From Vulcanimicrobiota bacterium (GTDB lineage: Bacteria; Vulcanimicrobiota; Vulcanimicrobiia; Vulcanimicrobiales; Vulcanimicrobiaceae): 64,000 nucleotides of DNA. Location of the stretch: the NCBI GenBank assembly GCA_963786105.1, contig CAWAXX010000013.1, forward strand, positions 32,001 through 96,000, written 5' to 3'. Position 1 is the stretch's first letter. Every line of letters starts with the position of its first letter. The notes beneath the pieces are model-generated. The model searched no databases. It was not told the DNA's origin and saw only the letters and a program-made list of their open reading frames with translations. The position numbers were made by a program, and so were the translations under genes. Of the stretch, positions 41,205-50,263 are shown piece after piece.

Positions 41205-41755
41205 GTTGACACGTCGCGTATGCTGGCGGTCAACGTCGCGTCCGAATCGTCGTCGTTACGAATGGAGCGAATGTTGCCGCGTCCGTCGATCGCATAGATG
41301 ACCGCCGTGTGGGCAACGTCGTAGTCGTTGGCAAGACGGTGCTTCCCTGGGATGCGTTGCGCCCAAACGTGGTAGGCACCCTCGATTTGGGCGACGTGCG
41401 ATGGAGCGCCGGTGAGGCCGACGATCGGCCCGCCGAATCGCGCGACGAACCGGTGCAGCACGGGTGGCGTATCGCGCTGGGGATCGACGGTCACCATCGC
41501 GATTTCGACCGTGTTTGCAGCCGCTCCAAGCGATTGCGTCAGCCGCGCGAGTTTCGCAAGCGTAGCCGGGCACGTATCGGCGCAATGCGTGAAGCCGAAC
41601 GTCAATAGGACCGGCCTGCCTGCCTGAGCCGAGAGCGTCCACGGCCGGCCACCATCGGCAGTGAGCGTGAAGTCCGGCGCATTCCCGCCGCGCGGCGCGC
41701 AACCGAAGCCGGCGGCGACGAGGAGCGCGGCGCAAAAACCGCGGGTCGATGACAT
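41201..41755 (-). CDS. SCO1/SenC family copper chaperone (lipoprotein)
   Basis: FGFTHCADTCP (CxxxC), VTVDPQRDT, VAHTA. Confidence 0.92.
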   Translation of the reverse strand: MSSTRGFCAALLVAAGFGCAPRGGNAPDFTLTADGGRPWTLSAQAGRPVLLTFGFTHCADTCPATLAKLARLTQSLGAAANTVEIAMVTVDPQRDTPPVLHRFVARFGGPIVGLTGAPSHVAQIEGAYHVWAQRIPGKHRLANDYDVAHTAVIYAIDGRGNIRSIRNDDDSDATLTASIRDVST

Positions 41756-41834
41756 AGCTCTATACTACGCCACCCGGCGCCTGCGCCCGTAAGAAAGAGG
41801 TCGTTGCTACCCCGTGGGCGCAACGAAAGGCGCG

Positions 41835-42272
41835 GTGAACGCCGCCGTTTTCGCGATCCGCTTGATCATCGGAGGCTTGCTCCTGGGCGCCGGTGCTCTC
41901 AAGGTCGGTCATTCGGTCGAGTTGGCGGCGGCGATGGCTGGATTTCGCCTGCTGCCGCCTCCGGCGATCGGTCCGCTTGCTCTGGCCTTGCCGTTTTTCG
42001 AGATGTTCCTGGGACTGTATCTCGTCGCTGGACTCTTCACCCGAGTTGCCGCGACGGTCGCCTGCGTGCAGTTTCTCGTCTACGCCGTCGCCGTTGCATC
42101 GGCCGTGATGCGCCACATTCCGGCCGACTGCGGATGCTTCGGCCCTGCCGACGCGGCGGTGGCGGATTGGCCGCACGTCGCGTTCGATTTTGGCCTGTCG
42201 CTAGCAAGCGCGTTCATTATCTATGGCGCCCCCGGCGCCCTCGCCGTCGATCGGAGATTTCGCTCGTCATGA
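41835..42272 (+). CDS. MauE/DoxX family redox-associated membrane protein
   Basis: Four TM segments; DCGCFG. Confidence 0.85.
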   Translation: MNAAVFAIRLIIGGLLLGAGALKVGHSVELAAAMAGFRLLPPPAIGPLALALPFFEMFLGLYLVAGLFTRVAATVACVQFLVYAVAVASAVMRHIPADCGCFGPADAAVADWPHVAFDFGLSLASAFIIYGAPGALAVDRRFRSS

Positions 42273-42838
42273 ACCAACGTCTGCTCGGGATTCTCTCGGT
42301 GGCGATCGTCGCGATCATAGCCATCGCGGCCATCGCGTGGTACGCGATAGGGCCGTCGCATCGTTTGGCGTCGGCCGCGCAGGCGCCGATCGTGAGTAGA
42401 GCCCTGGTCGGCCAGCCCGCTCCTGAATTCGCCGTCGCAACGACGGCCGGACTCTTCGAGCTGAAGAAGACGACCAAGCCGGTCTTCCTGGAGGTCTTTG
42501 CTACCTGGTGCCCACACTGCCAGCGTGAAACCGCTGTGATCGACCGCCTTTATCGTGCGTACAAATCGCGTGTCGATTTCGTCGGCGTGTCGGGCAGCGA
42601 CACCGGGATGGATAACACGTCGCCGGCGTCCCAACTCGACCTGCTCAACTGGGTGCAGCGATTTAACGTGCAGTACCCAGTCGCGTACGACGCTTCGCTG
42701 AACGTCGCAAACAGTTACCTGCAAGGCGGGTTCCCGACGATCGCGATCATCGGTCGAGACAAGAACGTCGCCTACATCAACTCCGGCGAACTCTCGTACG
42801 GCGAGCTCGCCTCAGCCATCCAGAAAACGCTGCGCTAG
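42269..42838 (+). CDS. Membrane-anchored TlpA-like thiol-disulfide oxidoreductase
   Basis: TM anchor; GQPAPEF; FATWCPHC; GFPT; ATGA overlap with the MauE gene. Confidence 0.88.
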   Translation: MNQRLLGILSVAIVAIIAIAAIAWYAIGPSHRLASAAQAPIVSRALVGQPAPEFAVATTAGLFELKKTTKPVFLEVFATWCPHCQRETAVIDRLYRAYKSRVDFVGVSGSDTGMDNTSPASQLDLLNWVQRFNVQYPVAYDASLNVANSYLQGGFPTIAIIGRDKNVAYINSGELSYGELASAIQKTLR

Positions 42839-42893
42839 TAGATCGGGAAAACAATACCGGACGAAGACCGCTCGGTGCCGTTTTCCCGATCTA
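42839..42893. terminator. 14-bp inverted repeat between convergent genes
   Basis: TAGATCGGGAAAAC (42839-42852) / GTTTTCCCGATCTA (42880-42893). Confidence 0.6.
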
Positions 42894-42912
42894 TTGCGCC
42901 CGAGGGGTGACG

Positions 42913-43650
42913 TTAATCTGCGGGCGGGAAAGCGTAGTTGGGAGGCGGGACCACGGGCGCTCCGACCTCTAAGGTGATTTGCTGGTGCGACAAGAGCGGA
43001 ATGGCCTTGAGGTCGCCATCGTATTTCGCGCCGTTGACGTACGCGGTGACCGGTCCGGTGAAGCCGGCGACGCCCTGAGGACCGAGCGGTTCACCCCAAA
43101 CATCGAAGAGCATGCCGAGCGTGTAGTGTCCGCCGCCGGGTGCTTGGACCTCGGGCGCTTCCACGTGGATGATGCCGCTGGTATCGTGGGTATGAATCCA
43201 GTAGAGACAGCCGCCGCCGGGAAGGGACGGACTCGCGGTGAAGCCGATCAAACGCGGAACTTGAATTTGCCGGCCATTCGCGAACAGGGCCAAGTGCGAA
43301 TGAATGTGAAGGCCTTGGCCCTCCATGGACGCACAGCCGATTCCGTCGACGGGCTGCCCGGTGCCGCCGGCGGACGTGTTGGCTGGTTTGAAGTGCGGCA
43401 CGCCTATTGCGCCGCCGTCGGCGAGCGCTACCGGTTTCGTGCTTGCGTTCGGTCCCGGCGAAGGCGTGGCGTACGCGGCTTTCAGGGCGAGGTTTTGTTG
43501 CAAGCGCATTCCGCCGAAGATGGCGATCACCAGAAGAATCAGTATCGCAACGCCGATATAAATGGGCATCATTGGGTCGCGGTGGGGCGGCGGTGCGGCA
43601 CCGCCGCGCGAATGACGCCGGCGCTCGGCGCGAGATTGTTGAGACGACAT
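42913..43650 (-). CDS. Membrane-anchored His-rich putative metal-binding protein
   Basis: Single TM helix; HIHSH and CLYWIHTHDTSGIIHVE. Confidence 0.7.
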   Translation of the reverse strand: MSSQQSRAERRRHSRGGAAPPPHRDPMMPIYIGVAILILLVIAIFGGMRLQQNLALKAAYATPSPGPNASTKPVALADGGAIGVPHFKPANTSAGGTGQPVDGIGCASMEGQGLHIHSHLALFANGRQIQVPRLIGFTASPSLPGGGCLYWIHTHDTSGIIHVEAPEVQAPGGGHYTLGMLFDVWGEPLGPQGVAGFTGPVTAYVNGAKYDGDLKAIPLLSHQQITLEVGAPVVPPPNYAFPPAD

Positions 43651-43662
43651 CGAACCTCTTTA

Positions 43663-44700
43663 TTATGAAGGCGGAGCGTTGACGAGAGGGGTGACTGAAA
43701 TCGAAGCATCGGCCGGATCGAGGGAACGGCCCGGTACCAAGTAGTTGGTTACGTAGTCCGCGACGGCGTCGCCGAGCGGGGTAAGCGGCGCCTCGTACCC
43801 GGTCGCGCGCGTGCGATCGGTGCGCGCGCAGGTCGAGTACTGGTACTTTCCGCGCAACCGTTCGGGCATGTCGACGAACTCGATTCGCTCGGGAAGGCCG
43901 AGCGCACGGAAGATCGGGCGTACGAGATCGAGCCACGTTTGGGCACGGCCGGCGCCGACGTTGAACAAACCGGTTGCGCCCGACTCGGCCAGGTGCAGCG
44001 TCATGTCGGCGGCGTCCTTGACGTAGATGAAGTCGCGCCGTTGTTCGCCGTCGCGAAAGTCGGGTCGGTAGCTCTTAAAGAGCTTCACGCTCCCGGAATC
44101 CCGAATCTGTTCGTACGCCTTGCTCACGACGCTTCGCATGTCGCCCTTGTGATCTTCGTTAGGACCGAAGACGTTGAAGTATTTCACGCCGCAGATGCTG
44201 CGGTCGAGCTCAGCGCGCGCCGCGTAGAGATCGAAGAGATGCTTCGAGTAGGCATACATGTTGAGCGGGCGCAGCGTGCTCAGATCGGCTTCGTCGGAGA
44301 GATCGTCTTCGAGCCCACCGTAGGTTGCCGCCGACGAGGCATAGACCAACCGCTCGGCGTTCTCGTCGGCCCAGTGTGCAAGGTTCTTCGTGTACTGGTA
44401 GTTGTTGCGCATCAAATAGTCGCTGTCGTCTTCGGTCGTCGACGAGCAGGCGCCCAGATGAAAGACGGTCCCGATTCCACCGAAGTCGTCACCGCCCGAC
44501 GCGCGCCGCTCGAACTCGTCGGCGTCGAGGTAGTCGGCGAAGCGCAACGGGACCAGATGCCGCCATTTCTCCGATCGGTCCAATCGATCGACGATCAAGA
44601 TGTCGTCGATCCCGCGGCGGTTCAACGCCCAAACGACGGCGCTACCAATAAGGCCGGCGCCGCCGGTGACGATAATCGTGCCGCGGTCGAGATCGAACAT
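43663..44700 (-). CDS. hldD: ADP-L-glycero-D-manno-heptose 6-epimerase
   Basis: TGGAGLIGS, HLGACSSTTE, YASSAATYG, YAYSK, YFNVFGPNEDHKG, KYQYST. Confidence 0.95.
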   Translation of the reverse strand: MFDLDRGTIIVTGGAGLIGSAVVWALNRRGIDDILIVDRLDRSEKWRHLVPLRFADYLDADEFERRASGGDDFGGIGTVFHLGACSSTTEDDSDYLMRNNYQYTKNLAHWADENAERLVYASSAATYGGLEDDLSDEADLSTLRPLNMYAYSKHLFDLYAARAELDRSICGVKYFNVFGPNEDHKGDMRSVVSKAYEQIRDSGSVKLFKSYRPDFRDGEQRRDFIYVKDAADMTLHLAESGATGLFNVGAGRAQTWLDLVRPIFRALGLPERIEFVDMPERLRGKYQYSTCARTDRTRATGYEAPLTPLGDAVADYVTNYLVPGRSLDPADASISVTPLVNAPPS

Positions 44701-44760
44701 GCTGCGAGCCCCTAAATCCCCCGGTTGTGGGCGGGAGTCCTGGGAGGAAGGAGAGTCTGC

Positions 44761-44796
44761 ATGATTTGCAAACTAGTCGCAAATCATGATTTGCAA
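44761..44796 (+). promoter_or_regulatory. Nested palindromic operator overlapping the TBDR start (Fur-family-like geometry)
   Basis: ATGATTTGC-N9-GCAAATCAT (44761-44787) and perfect palindrome GCAAATCATGATTTGC (44779-44794). Confidence 0.6.
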
Positions 44797-47137
44797 GAGA
44801 TTCGCAATTTCGTCTGCCCTCTGTCTGGCTCTGGCGATAACGAGCGGCGTGCCCGGGGCAGCGGCCGGCACGGCCACCATTTCGGGAAAGGTAGTCGACG
44901 GAGTTGGAAAGCCTGTTCCGGGGGCCCAGGTGGAGCTGTCGGGGAGCGGCGTGCGGCTCTCCCTGCGCAGCGATGGGGGTGGCGCGTTCAGCTTTTCCGG
45001 CCTGGTGCCCGGAAGCTATCGGCTCACGGCCACATCGGGGAAGCGCGAGGGTGCGGCCGCCATCGACCTCGCCGGAAGCGGCATTTCGGTGACGGTGGAA
45101 TTGCTGTCGACGGTCGGCCACGTGACCTCGACGGGGTCGGCACCCCCGATCAAGGGCTCGGGCACCGACGTGACCGTGAACCAAACACTTCTCGACCGCA
45201 TGCCATACCAGGGCTCGCTGCCGCAGACGCTTCTACAGCTACCGGCCGCGGCGCGCGGGGCCAACGGCGTCGTGCACATCAACGGCGACCATGGGGACAT
45301 CAACTACTACGTGGACGGCGTGCAGGTTCCGCAAGAGCTCAACCGCGAGGTCGGCAGCGAGATCGACCCCAACGATATCGCGTTTATGGATGTAATGGAA
45401 GGCGCGTTTCCCGCGCAGTACGGCGGTCGCTTCGCGGCCGTCATCAACATCAACACGCGCATCAATAACGGCGCGGCCGGAGCGTCGGGTTACGCCGAAG
45501 GCGGTTCATACGCGACGTACGCGTCGTACCTCAACTTGCATTCGCCGGCCGGCAAGGGCCAACTCTCGCTAGCACTGGCGGCGTCGCAAGGCGATCGCTT
45601 TCTCGATCCTCCGAACTTTACCGCCGTTCACGACGCGGGCGCGCAAACCAACGCGCTCCTACGCTACGCGGTGCCGTTCGGCAACGACTTCGCGAACGTC
45701 ACCTTCATTCACTCGTACCAATCGTTTCAGATTCCCAACGACGTCGCGGGCGGCGAGCCGGCGTCGACCGACGACAACGAGACGCAGGACGACTCGTTTC
45801 TAACAGCGCAAATTCGTCACGCCCTGGCTTCCGGCGGCGCGTTCACGTATGGCGTCGGTTTCAAGCAGTCGCGCATCCGCGACTTTGGCGACCTGCAAAA
45901 CGACTTCATCTACGGTTACAATCTGAACGCCGCAGGTGGTGGAACGTCGGCCGATTGTGCGAATGGCATCGTCGCCGCGTGTGCGTATTCCCTCAACGCC
46001 GATCGCACCGCGCGCGACGCGATCGTTAACGTCGATGACGTGCTCGACGACGGAAAGCATTCGATTCGCTACGGCGCTTCTTACGATGTAACGACGGTCG
46101 AGAAGAACTATGCGGTCACGCTGCAGCCGGGAAATTTTCTCGCGCCGATTCTTACGCCGAAGACTCCGAACGCCGCGTATGCGGTGGTCGACAACGCTCC
46201 CAACACCGGTCATACGGCGAGCGTCTACCTTCAAGACTCATGGGCGATGTCGCCGATCTGGCTGCTCGACTTGGGCATTCGCCAAGACGTCTTTACGATA
46301 TTCTCGACGCAGTTCCGGGAAGGCTTCGCGCAGACGAGCCCGCGCGCGACATTGACGCGGCTGTACGGCCAGCGAGCGAGCGCGTATATTTACTTCGGGC
46401 GTTTTTTCACGCCGTTTTCGCTTGAGAACGTCTCGCCGAGCGCCGCCCATCTGCTCGATCTTCCGAATCAACCGGCCCCGGCGCAGTTCGATCTGCGGCC
46501 GCAGCGCGACAGCGTGTTTGAGATCGGCGGCCATCTGCCGATTGGGCGCGGCTCGCTCGGACTGCGCGTCATGCAAAAAGATGCCGTCGATTTGATCGAC
46601 GACACCCAACTCGGGGTGACCGCACTGCACCAAGACATCAACTATGCCGCCGGCAACGTCTCGGTGCAGAGCGCCTACTACCAGCTTCCGTTGGCGGCCG
46701 GCGGACGCGCGTACGTGTCACTCACGCATGCCCGCTCGGTAAACGCCGGCTGTGAAACCCAGTTGCTGGCGCCGTGTTTCGGGGCACCGGCCGGCTGGAC
46801 GCCCGCCGATCACGACCAAAACTGGGACGCGACCGGCGGCATGTTGAGCAACGACCGGCACGGCGGCTGGCTGGCCGTCGACGGCGAGTACGGCTCCGGC
46901 CTTTCTTCAGCCTATTGCCTGCCGGTCAGCGACGACTGCAAGGTGCCGCCTCACCTGACGTTCGACGTCGTCAAGGGCATCGGACTGCCCGGACGCACGG
47001 CCCTGACGATCGGCATCTACAACATCATCAACGACCGGTATCGCATCACGTACCAAAACGCCCAAGGCGATCACTACGCGGCCGGGCGCACGTTCGAAAT
47101 CGGTTGGCGCTTCGCGACGGCTAAAACGGAGCCGTAA
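44786..47137 (+). CDS. TonB-dependent receptor
   Basis: Signal peptide; carboxypeptidase-regulatory-like domain; plug HINGDHG...YVDG and GAFPAQYGGR; YLQDSW, DLGIRQD, SPR. Confidence 0.88.
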   Translation: MICKRFAISSALCLALAITSGVPGAAAGTATISGKVVDGVGKPVPGAQVELSGSGVRLSLRSDGGGAFSFSGLVPGSYRLTATSGKREGAAAIDLAGSGISVTVELLSTVGHVTSTGSAPPIKGSGTDVTVNQTLLDRMPYQGSLPQTLLQLPAAARGANGVVHINGDHGDINYYVDGVQVPQELNREVGSEIDPNDIAFMDVMEGAFPAQYGGRFAAVININTRINNGAAGASGYAEGGSYATYASYLNLHSPAGKGQLSLALAASQGDRFLDPPNFTAVHDAGAQTNALLRYAVPFGNDFANVTFIHSYQSFQIPNDVAGGEPASTDDNETQDDSFLTAQIRHALASGGAFTYGVGFKQSRIRDFGDLQNDFIYGYNLNAAGGGTSADCANGIVAACAYSLNADRTARDAIVNVDDVLDDGKHSIRYGASYDVTTVEKNYAVTLQPGNFLAPILTPKTPNAAYAVVDNAPNTGHTASVYLQDSWAMSPIWLLDLGIRQDVFTIFSTQFREGFAQTSPRATLTRLYGQRASAYIYFGRFFTPFSLENVSPSAAHLLDLPNQPAPAQFDLRPQRDSVFEIGGHLPIGRGSLGLRVMQKDAVDLIDDTQLGVTALHQDINYAAGNVSVQSAYYQLPLAAGGRAYVSLTHARSVNAGCETQLLAPCFGAPAGWTPADHDQNWDATGGMLSNDRHGGWLAVDGEYGSGLSSAYCLPVSDDCKVPPHLTFDVVKGIGLPGRTALTIGIYNIINDRYRITYQNAQGDHYAAGRTFEIGWRFATAKTEP

Positions 47138-49553
47138 GGCGGACCAACACATTGGCGCCGTTCGCGATCTGCGTCGTGTTGAAGCCGTTGGCGACCTTGA
47201 TAGGATATTGGTGGTTTAAGACGTTGGTAACGATGAGCGATACTCCGAGCCCATGGTCTTGCCCGGCTCGGCCGGGCGTGAGGTAGCGGCCCGCCGCGAT
47301 ATCGAACGTCGTGTGGGCCGGCAGGCGTCCGCTCAAGTTGGCGTTGGCGCTTTCGAACGCGACCGGAAACCCGCTACCGTAATTCCCTTGCAGGGTCGCG
47401 TACCATTGGCGAGCGTTACCGAAACGCCAGGTGTACCCCGCCGTCGAAACGACCGTTTCGTCGTGGTCCTCCGGTGCCAGTTGCGAAACGCAGGATTGAT
47501 TGGGCGGATTGACGTCGGGCGGGAAGAGAAACGTCGAACCCGAGACGCAGGCGGCGTACGACCCCGAGATCGTTCCGGTGAAGAACCAGCTATTGCCGTT
47601 CGGAAAGCGGTCGGTCAGGCGCACCTCGAGCCCGTTATCCAGGCCGATCGCGTTGTTGAAGACCGCAAAGAGCGGCGTGTTCAGCAACTGGGTCGTGTCG
47701 AGAATGTTTGCGGCGGTCTTGCGGAAGACGTTGACCGACCCGTCGAAATTCGGATTGAACGAATGGGCAACGCCGATCTCGAAGTACGAGTCGCTTTCGG
47801 GTTTTAAATTGTAGACGGGAGTCGTTGGGCAACCCGACAGCACGACGCAATCCGCGCGTACGTCCTCGAGTAGGGGCGCCGCATAGAAGCGGCCGTAATA
47901 CGCATGGACGGTGTTCTTGCCTCCGTCCCAGACGTTGATGCCGATTCGCGGGCTCCATTGCCAGCCCGACGTATAGCCGGTCGAGTGATCGTAGCGGATG
48001 CCGTAGTTGAGCTGAATTCGATCCGAGATCTGCCACTTGTCTTGAGCGTAGATGCCGACTTGCGAACCAGCCTGCGTCTGTTGCGGCGAAGCGACGAGAT
48101 AATACGGCTGTTCGTGCACGCCCGAGGCCGCGCAGCCGGGGTAGTAACAGCCGAAGGCCTGGTTAGCGAGCAAGTTCTCCCGATTGACGTCGAGGCCAAC
48201 CTTCCACGCGTGATTCTTCGTCGCACGAAAATCCGACATCCGTAAGCCGACGTAGCTGGCATACGTATTCGAGAGAAGCCCAACGTTATTGGTTGCGGCC
48301 GAGCCGTCGTCGGCGTGCGGGCAGCTCGCACAGACGAGACCGGAACCGAACGACGGCGTCAGGCCCAATACGTCGTTCGGGAGGTCGCCGTCGTAGTTGA
48401 TGCGCGTAGACCGCCACCAAGGAACGACTTGGAACACACCGTTGCCGTCGCGCGAGGTCTGGGAGTAGTTGAGGTTGGAGAACCGGTCGTACTCGCGTTG
48501 CACGTCGTCGGTTCCGGGCGGCGTGAAGATTGGATCGTACGGATTGTTCGGATCGGTATTGATCGGTATTTGAAACTGCGCGAGCTGATTGGAATAGTCG
48601 AACGAGAGGGTCGAAAGCGGGGTCAACTGCGTCATAAAGCGCAAGAACTCGTTGCTCTGAGAGGCGTTGTCGTGAATGGCGTCAAACGTTGGTGCGTCCA
48701 AACCGCGGACGGTGCTTTGCGTGTTCGCGTTGAGAAACATCTCGCTCGAGCCGAAGCGGGCGGCGCTCTCGAAGCTGCCGATATTCTGCGACTGGTTTCC
48801 CAAGCCGCCGGTAATCGTCGCGTAGAACCCCTCGGGAAGATCGGTCGGACGGTTCGTGATGATGTTGACGACGCCGCCCATGCGGTCGCCGCCGTACTCC
48901 GCGGGAATGGCTCCACTGAGCAGCTCGAGCGAGTTGATGTTTTTCGGATCGACGATTTCGGCGAAGTTCGAGGTGGTGGCCAGCGGCAGCGGCGCGCCGT
49001 CGATGTTGTACATCACGCCGTGAAAGCCGTTGACGACGGGTTCGTTATACGAGAACGGGACGACTCCGGGAAGCGTTCCGATCAGTTTGTCGAGGCTGTT
49101 TTGTACCGGCGAGGTCTGAATGGCCGAACGGGTCAGCTGATTGACCGATGCGGGGTTTGCCGAAACGCCGACGCCGCGGGCGGTAACCGTCGTCTGCGCG
49201 ATTTGACGGAGTTGCGTCGAGAGCGGAACGTCGACCGTGGCCAAGCTGTCGCTGGAAATCGTGACCAACACTTGAAGTTCGTGCGCTCCGGCTGCGCGCG
49301 CGACGATCCGGTACGAACCAAACGGCACTTGCGCGAACACGTATCCGCCTTTCGCGTCCGTAGTGGTGGTGAAGCGCGAGCCTTCGCCTTCCAGGATTAC
49401 GCTCGCGCCGGGAGCCGGCTTTCCGTCGAGGGTGACGGTGCCGCGAACCAGACCGGTCGTTGCGGCGGATGCCTCAACCACCATGGTGATAAACGCGAGA
49501 GCCAGGACGAATGCGAAGAAAATGGCGCGGTGCGCCGAGGAAAATCGGGACAT
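47121..49553 (-). CDS. TonB-dependent receptor
   Basis: Signal peptide; TLPGV, NIDG, GAIPAEYGG; YAQDKW, NYGIRYD, WSPR; terminal Phe. Confidence 0.9.
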   Translation of the reverse strand: MSRFSSAHRAIFFAFVLALAFITMVVEASAATTGLVRGTVTLDGKPAPGASVILEGEGSRFTTTTDAKGGYVFAQVPFGSYRIVARAAGAHELQVLVTISSDSLATVDVPLSTQLRQIAQTTVTARGVGVSANPASVNQLTRSAIQTSPVQNSLDKLIGTLPGVVPFSYNEPVVNGFHGVMYNIDGAPLPLATTSNFAEIVDPKNINSLELLSGAIPAEYGGDRMGGVVNIITNRPTDLPEGFYATITGGLGNQSQNIGSFESAARFGSSEMFLNANTQSTVRGLDAPTFDAIHDNASQSNEFLRFMTQLTPLSTLSFDYSNQLAQFQIPINTDPNNPYDPIFTPPGTDDVQREYDRFSNLNYSQTSRDGNGVFQVVPWWRSTRINYDGDLPNDVLGLTPSFGSGLVCASCPHADDGSAATNNVGLLSNTYASYVGLRMSDFRATKNHAWKVGLDVNRENLLANQAFGCYYPGCAASGVHEQPYYLVASPQQTQAGSQVGIYAQDKWQISDRIQLNYGIRYDHSTGYTSGWQWSPRIGINVWDGGKNTVHAYYGRFYAAPLLEDVRADCVVLSGCPTTPVYNLKPESDSYFEIGVAHSFNPNFDGSVNVFRKTAANILDTTQLLNTPLFAVFNNAIGLDNGLEVRLTDRFPNGNSWFFTGTISGSYAACVSGSTFLFPPDVNPPNQSCVSQLAPEDHDETVVSTAGYTWRFGNARQWYATLQGNYGSGFPVAFESANANLSGRLPAHTTFDIAAGRYLTPGRAGQDHGLGVSLIVTNVLNHQYPIKVANGFNTTQIANGANVLVRLTAPF

Positions 49554-49556
49554 GGA

Positions 49557-49638
49557 TCCTTCTCCGATCTAGGGGGAGCTAGTGCGAACGAAGCGGGTCG
49601 CGCGTTTACGCGCGGACGTTCGCGATCGGAGGAGGACG
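49557..49638 (-). promoter_or_regulatory. Anti-SD/SD leader structure coupling the uORF RPPP codons to the TBDR RBS
   Basis: mRNA UCCUCCUCCGAUC (49636-49624) pairs with GAUCGGAGAAGGA (49569-49557) at 12/13 positions; inner stems GCGAACG/CGUUCGC and CGCGCGU/ACGCGCG. Confidence 0.75.
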
Positions 49639-50157
49639 GGCGAAGCGGCGTCCCAGCAGTGGCGAGCGCCGGTTCATCGGGACGGGCTGAAGGTGGTGGA
49701 CCCATAGCAGCGGGCGCTCGGCAAAAGGCGAGCGCGAAGCAGTGATAACGGCGCCGGCCAGCCGCCGGACGAGCCAGCGGCCGATGGCCAGGACCGCCGC
49801 CGCGGCGAGCACGACGACGGCAACGGTTGCGAGGAGGCCGGCGTCTGCGTGCCGGCTCTCGATGCGCTCGCCGATCGCGAACCACGCTCCCGTCGACGCG
49901 ACCAGCGATGGGAGGCCGGGCAGGCGAGTAGCTAGCCGGGCGGAGAGCACGCTCCCGTCGGCAGCCCGACGCGATCCCGACCAGGCCAAGGCCGCGAGCA
50001 CGAGGGCGAAGCCGCCGCAACCCGCGCCGGCCAGTTGGACCAAGACGTCGTGGTAGGCGCCGCCCATTTCATGCCCCCCGCCAAAAAGTGCGGTGTGGGC
50101 GATTAAGGAGGCAAGCAAGCCAAGGGTAAGGGCGCCCGGAATCTCCCGAAGGGTCAC
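49606..50157 (-). CDS. His-containing membrane uORF with C-terminal RPPP (putative arrest peptide)
   Basis: 183 aa from GTG 50157 (3' end of the long 49606..51732 ORF); about four hydrophobic segments; AHTALFGGGHEMGGAYH; ends GRRFARPPPIANVRA. Confidence 0.75.
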   Translation of the reverse strand: MTLREIPGALTLGLLASLIAHTALFGGGHEMGGAYHDVLVQLAGAGCGGFALVLAALAWSGSRRAADGSVLSARLATRLPGLPSLVASTGAWFAIGERIESRHADAGLLATVAVVVLAAAAVLAIGRWLVRRLAGAVITASRSPFAERPLLWVHHLQPVPMNRRSPLLGRRFARPPPIANVRA

Positions 50158-50263
50158 CGCGGTTCTTTCTAGGGAGGGATGCGGGGAGGCCTGGGGACTT
50201 CGTCGTACTGTCGTGGCCCCCGCCCTCGCCGCTACTGAACTCGGTGGAAATGGGAGTCTGGAT

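Noticed and set aside
48300..48345. c-type heme motif in the TBDR (CASCPH)
   Set aside because: It is CxxCPH, not CxxCH; more likely a disulfide or metal-binding loop
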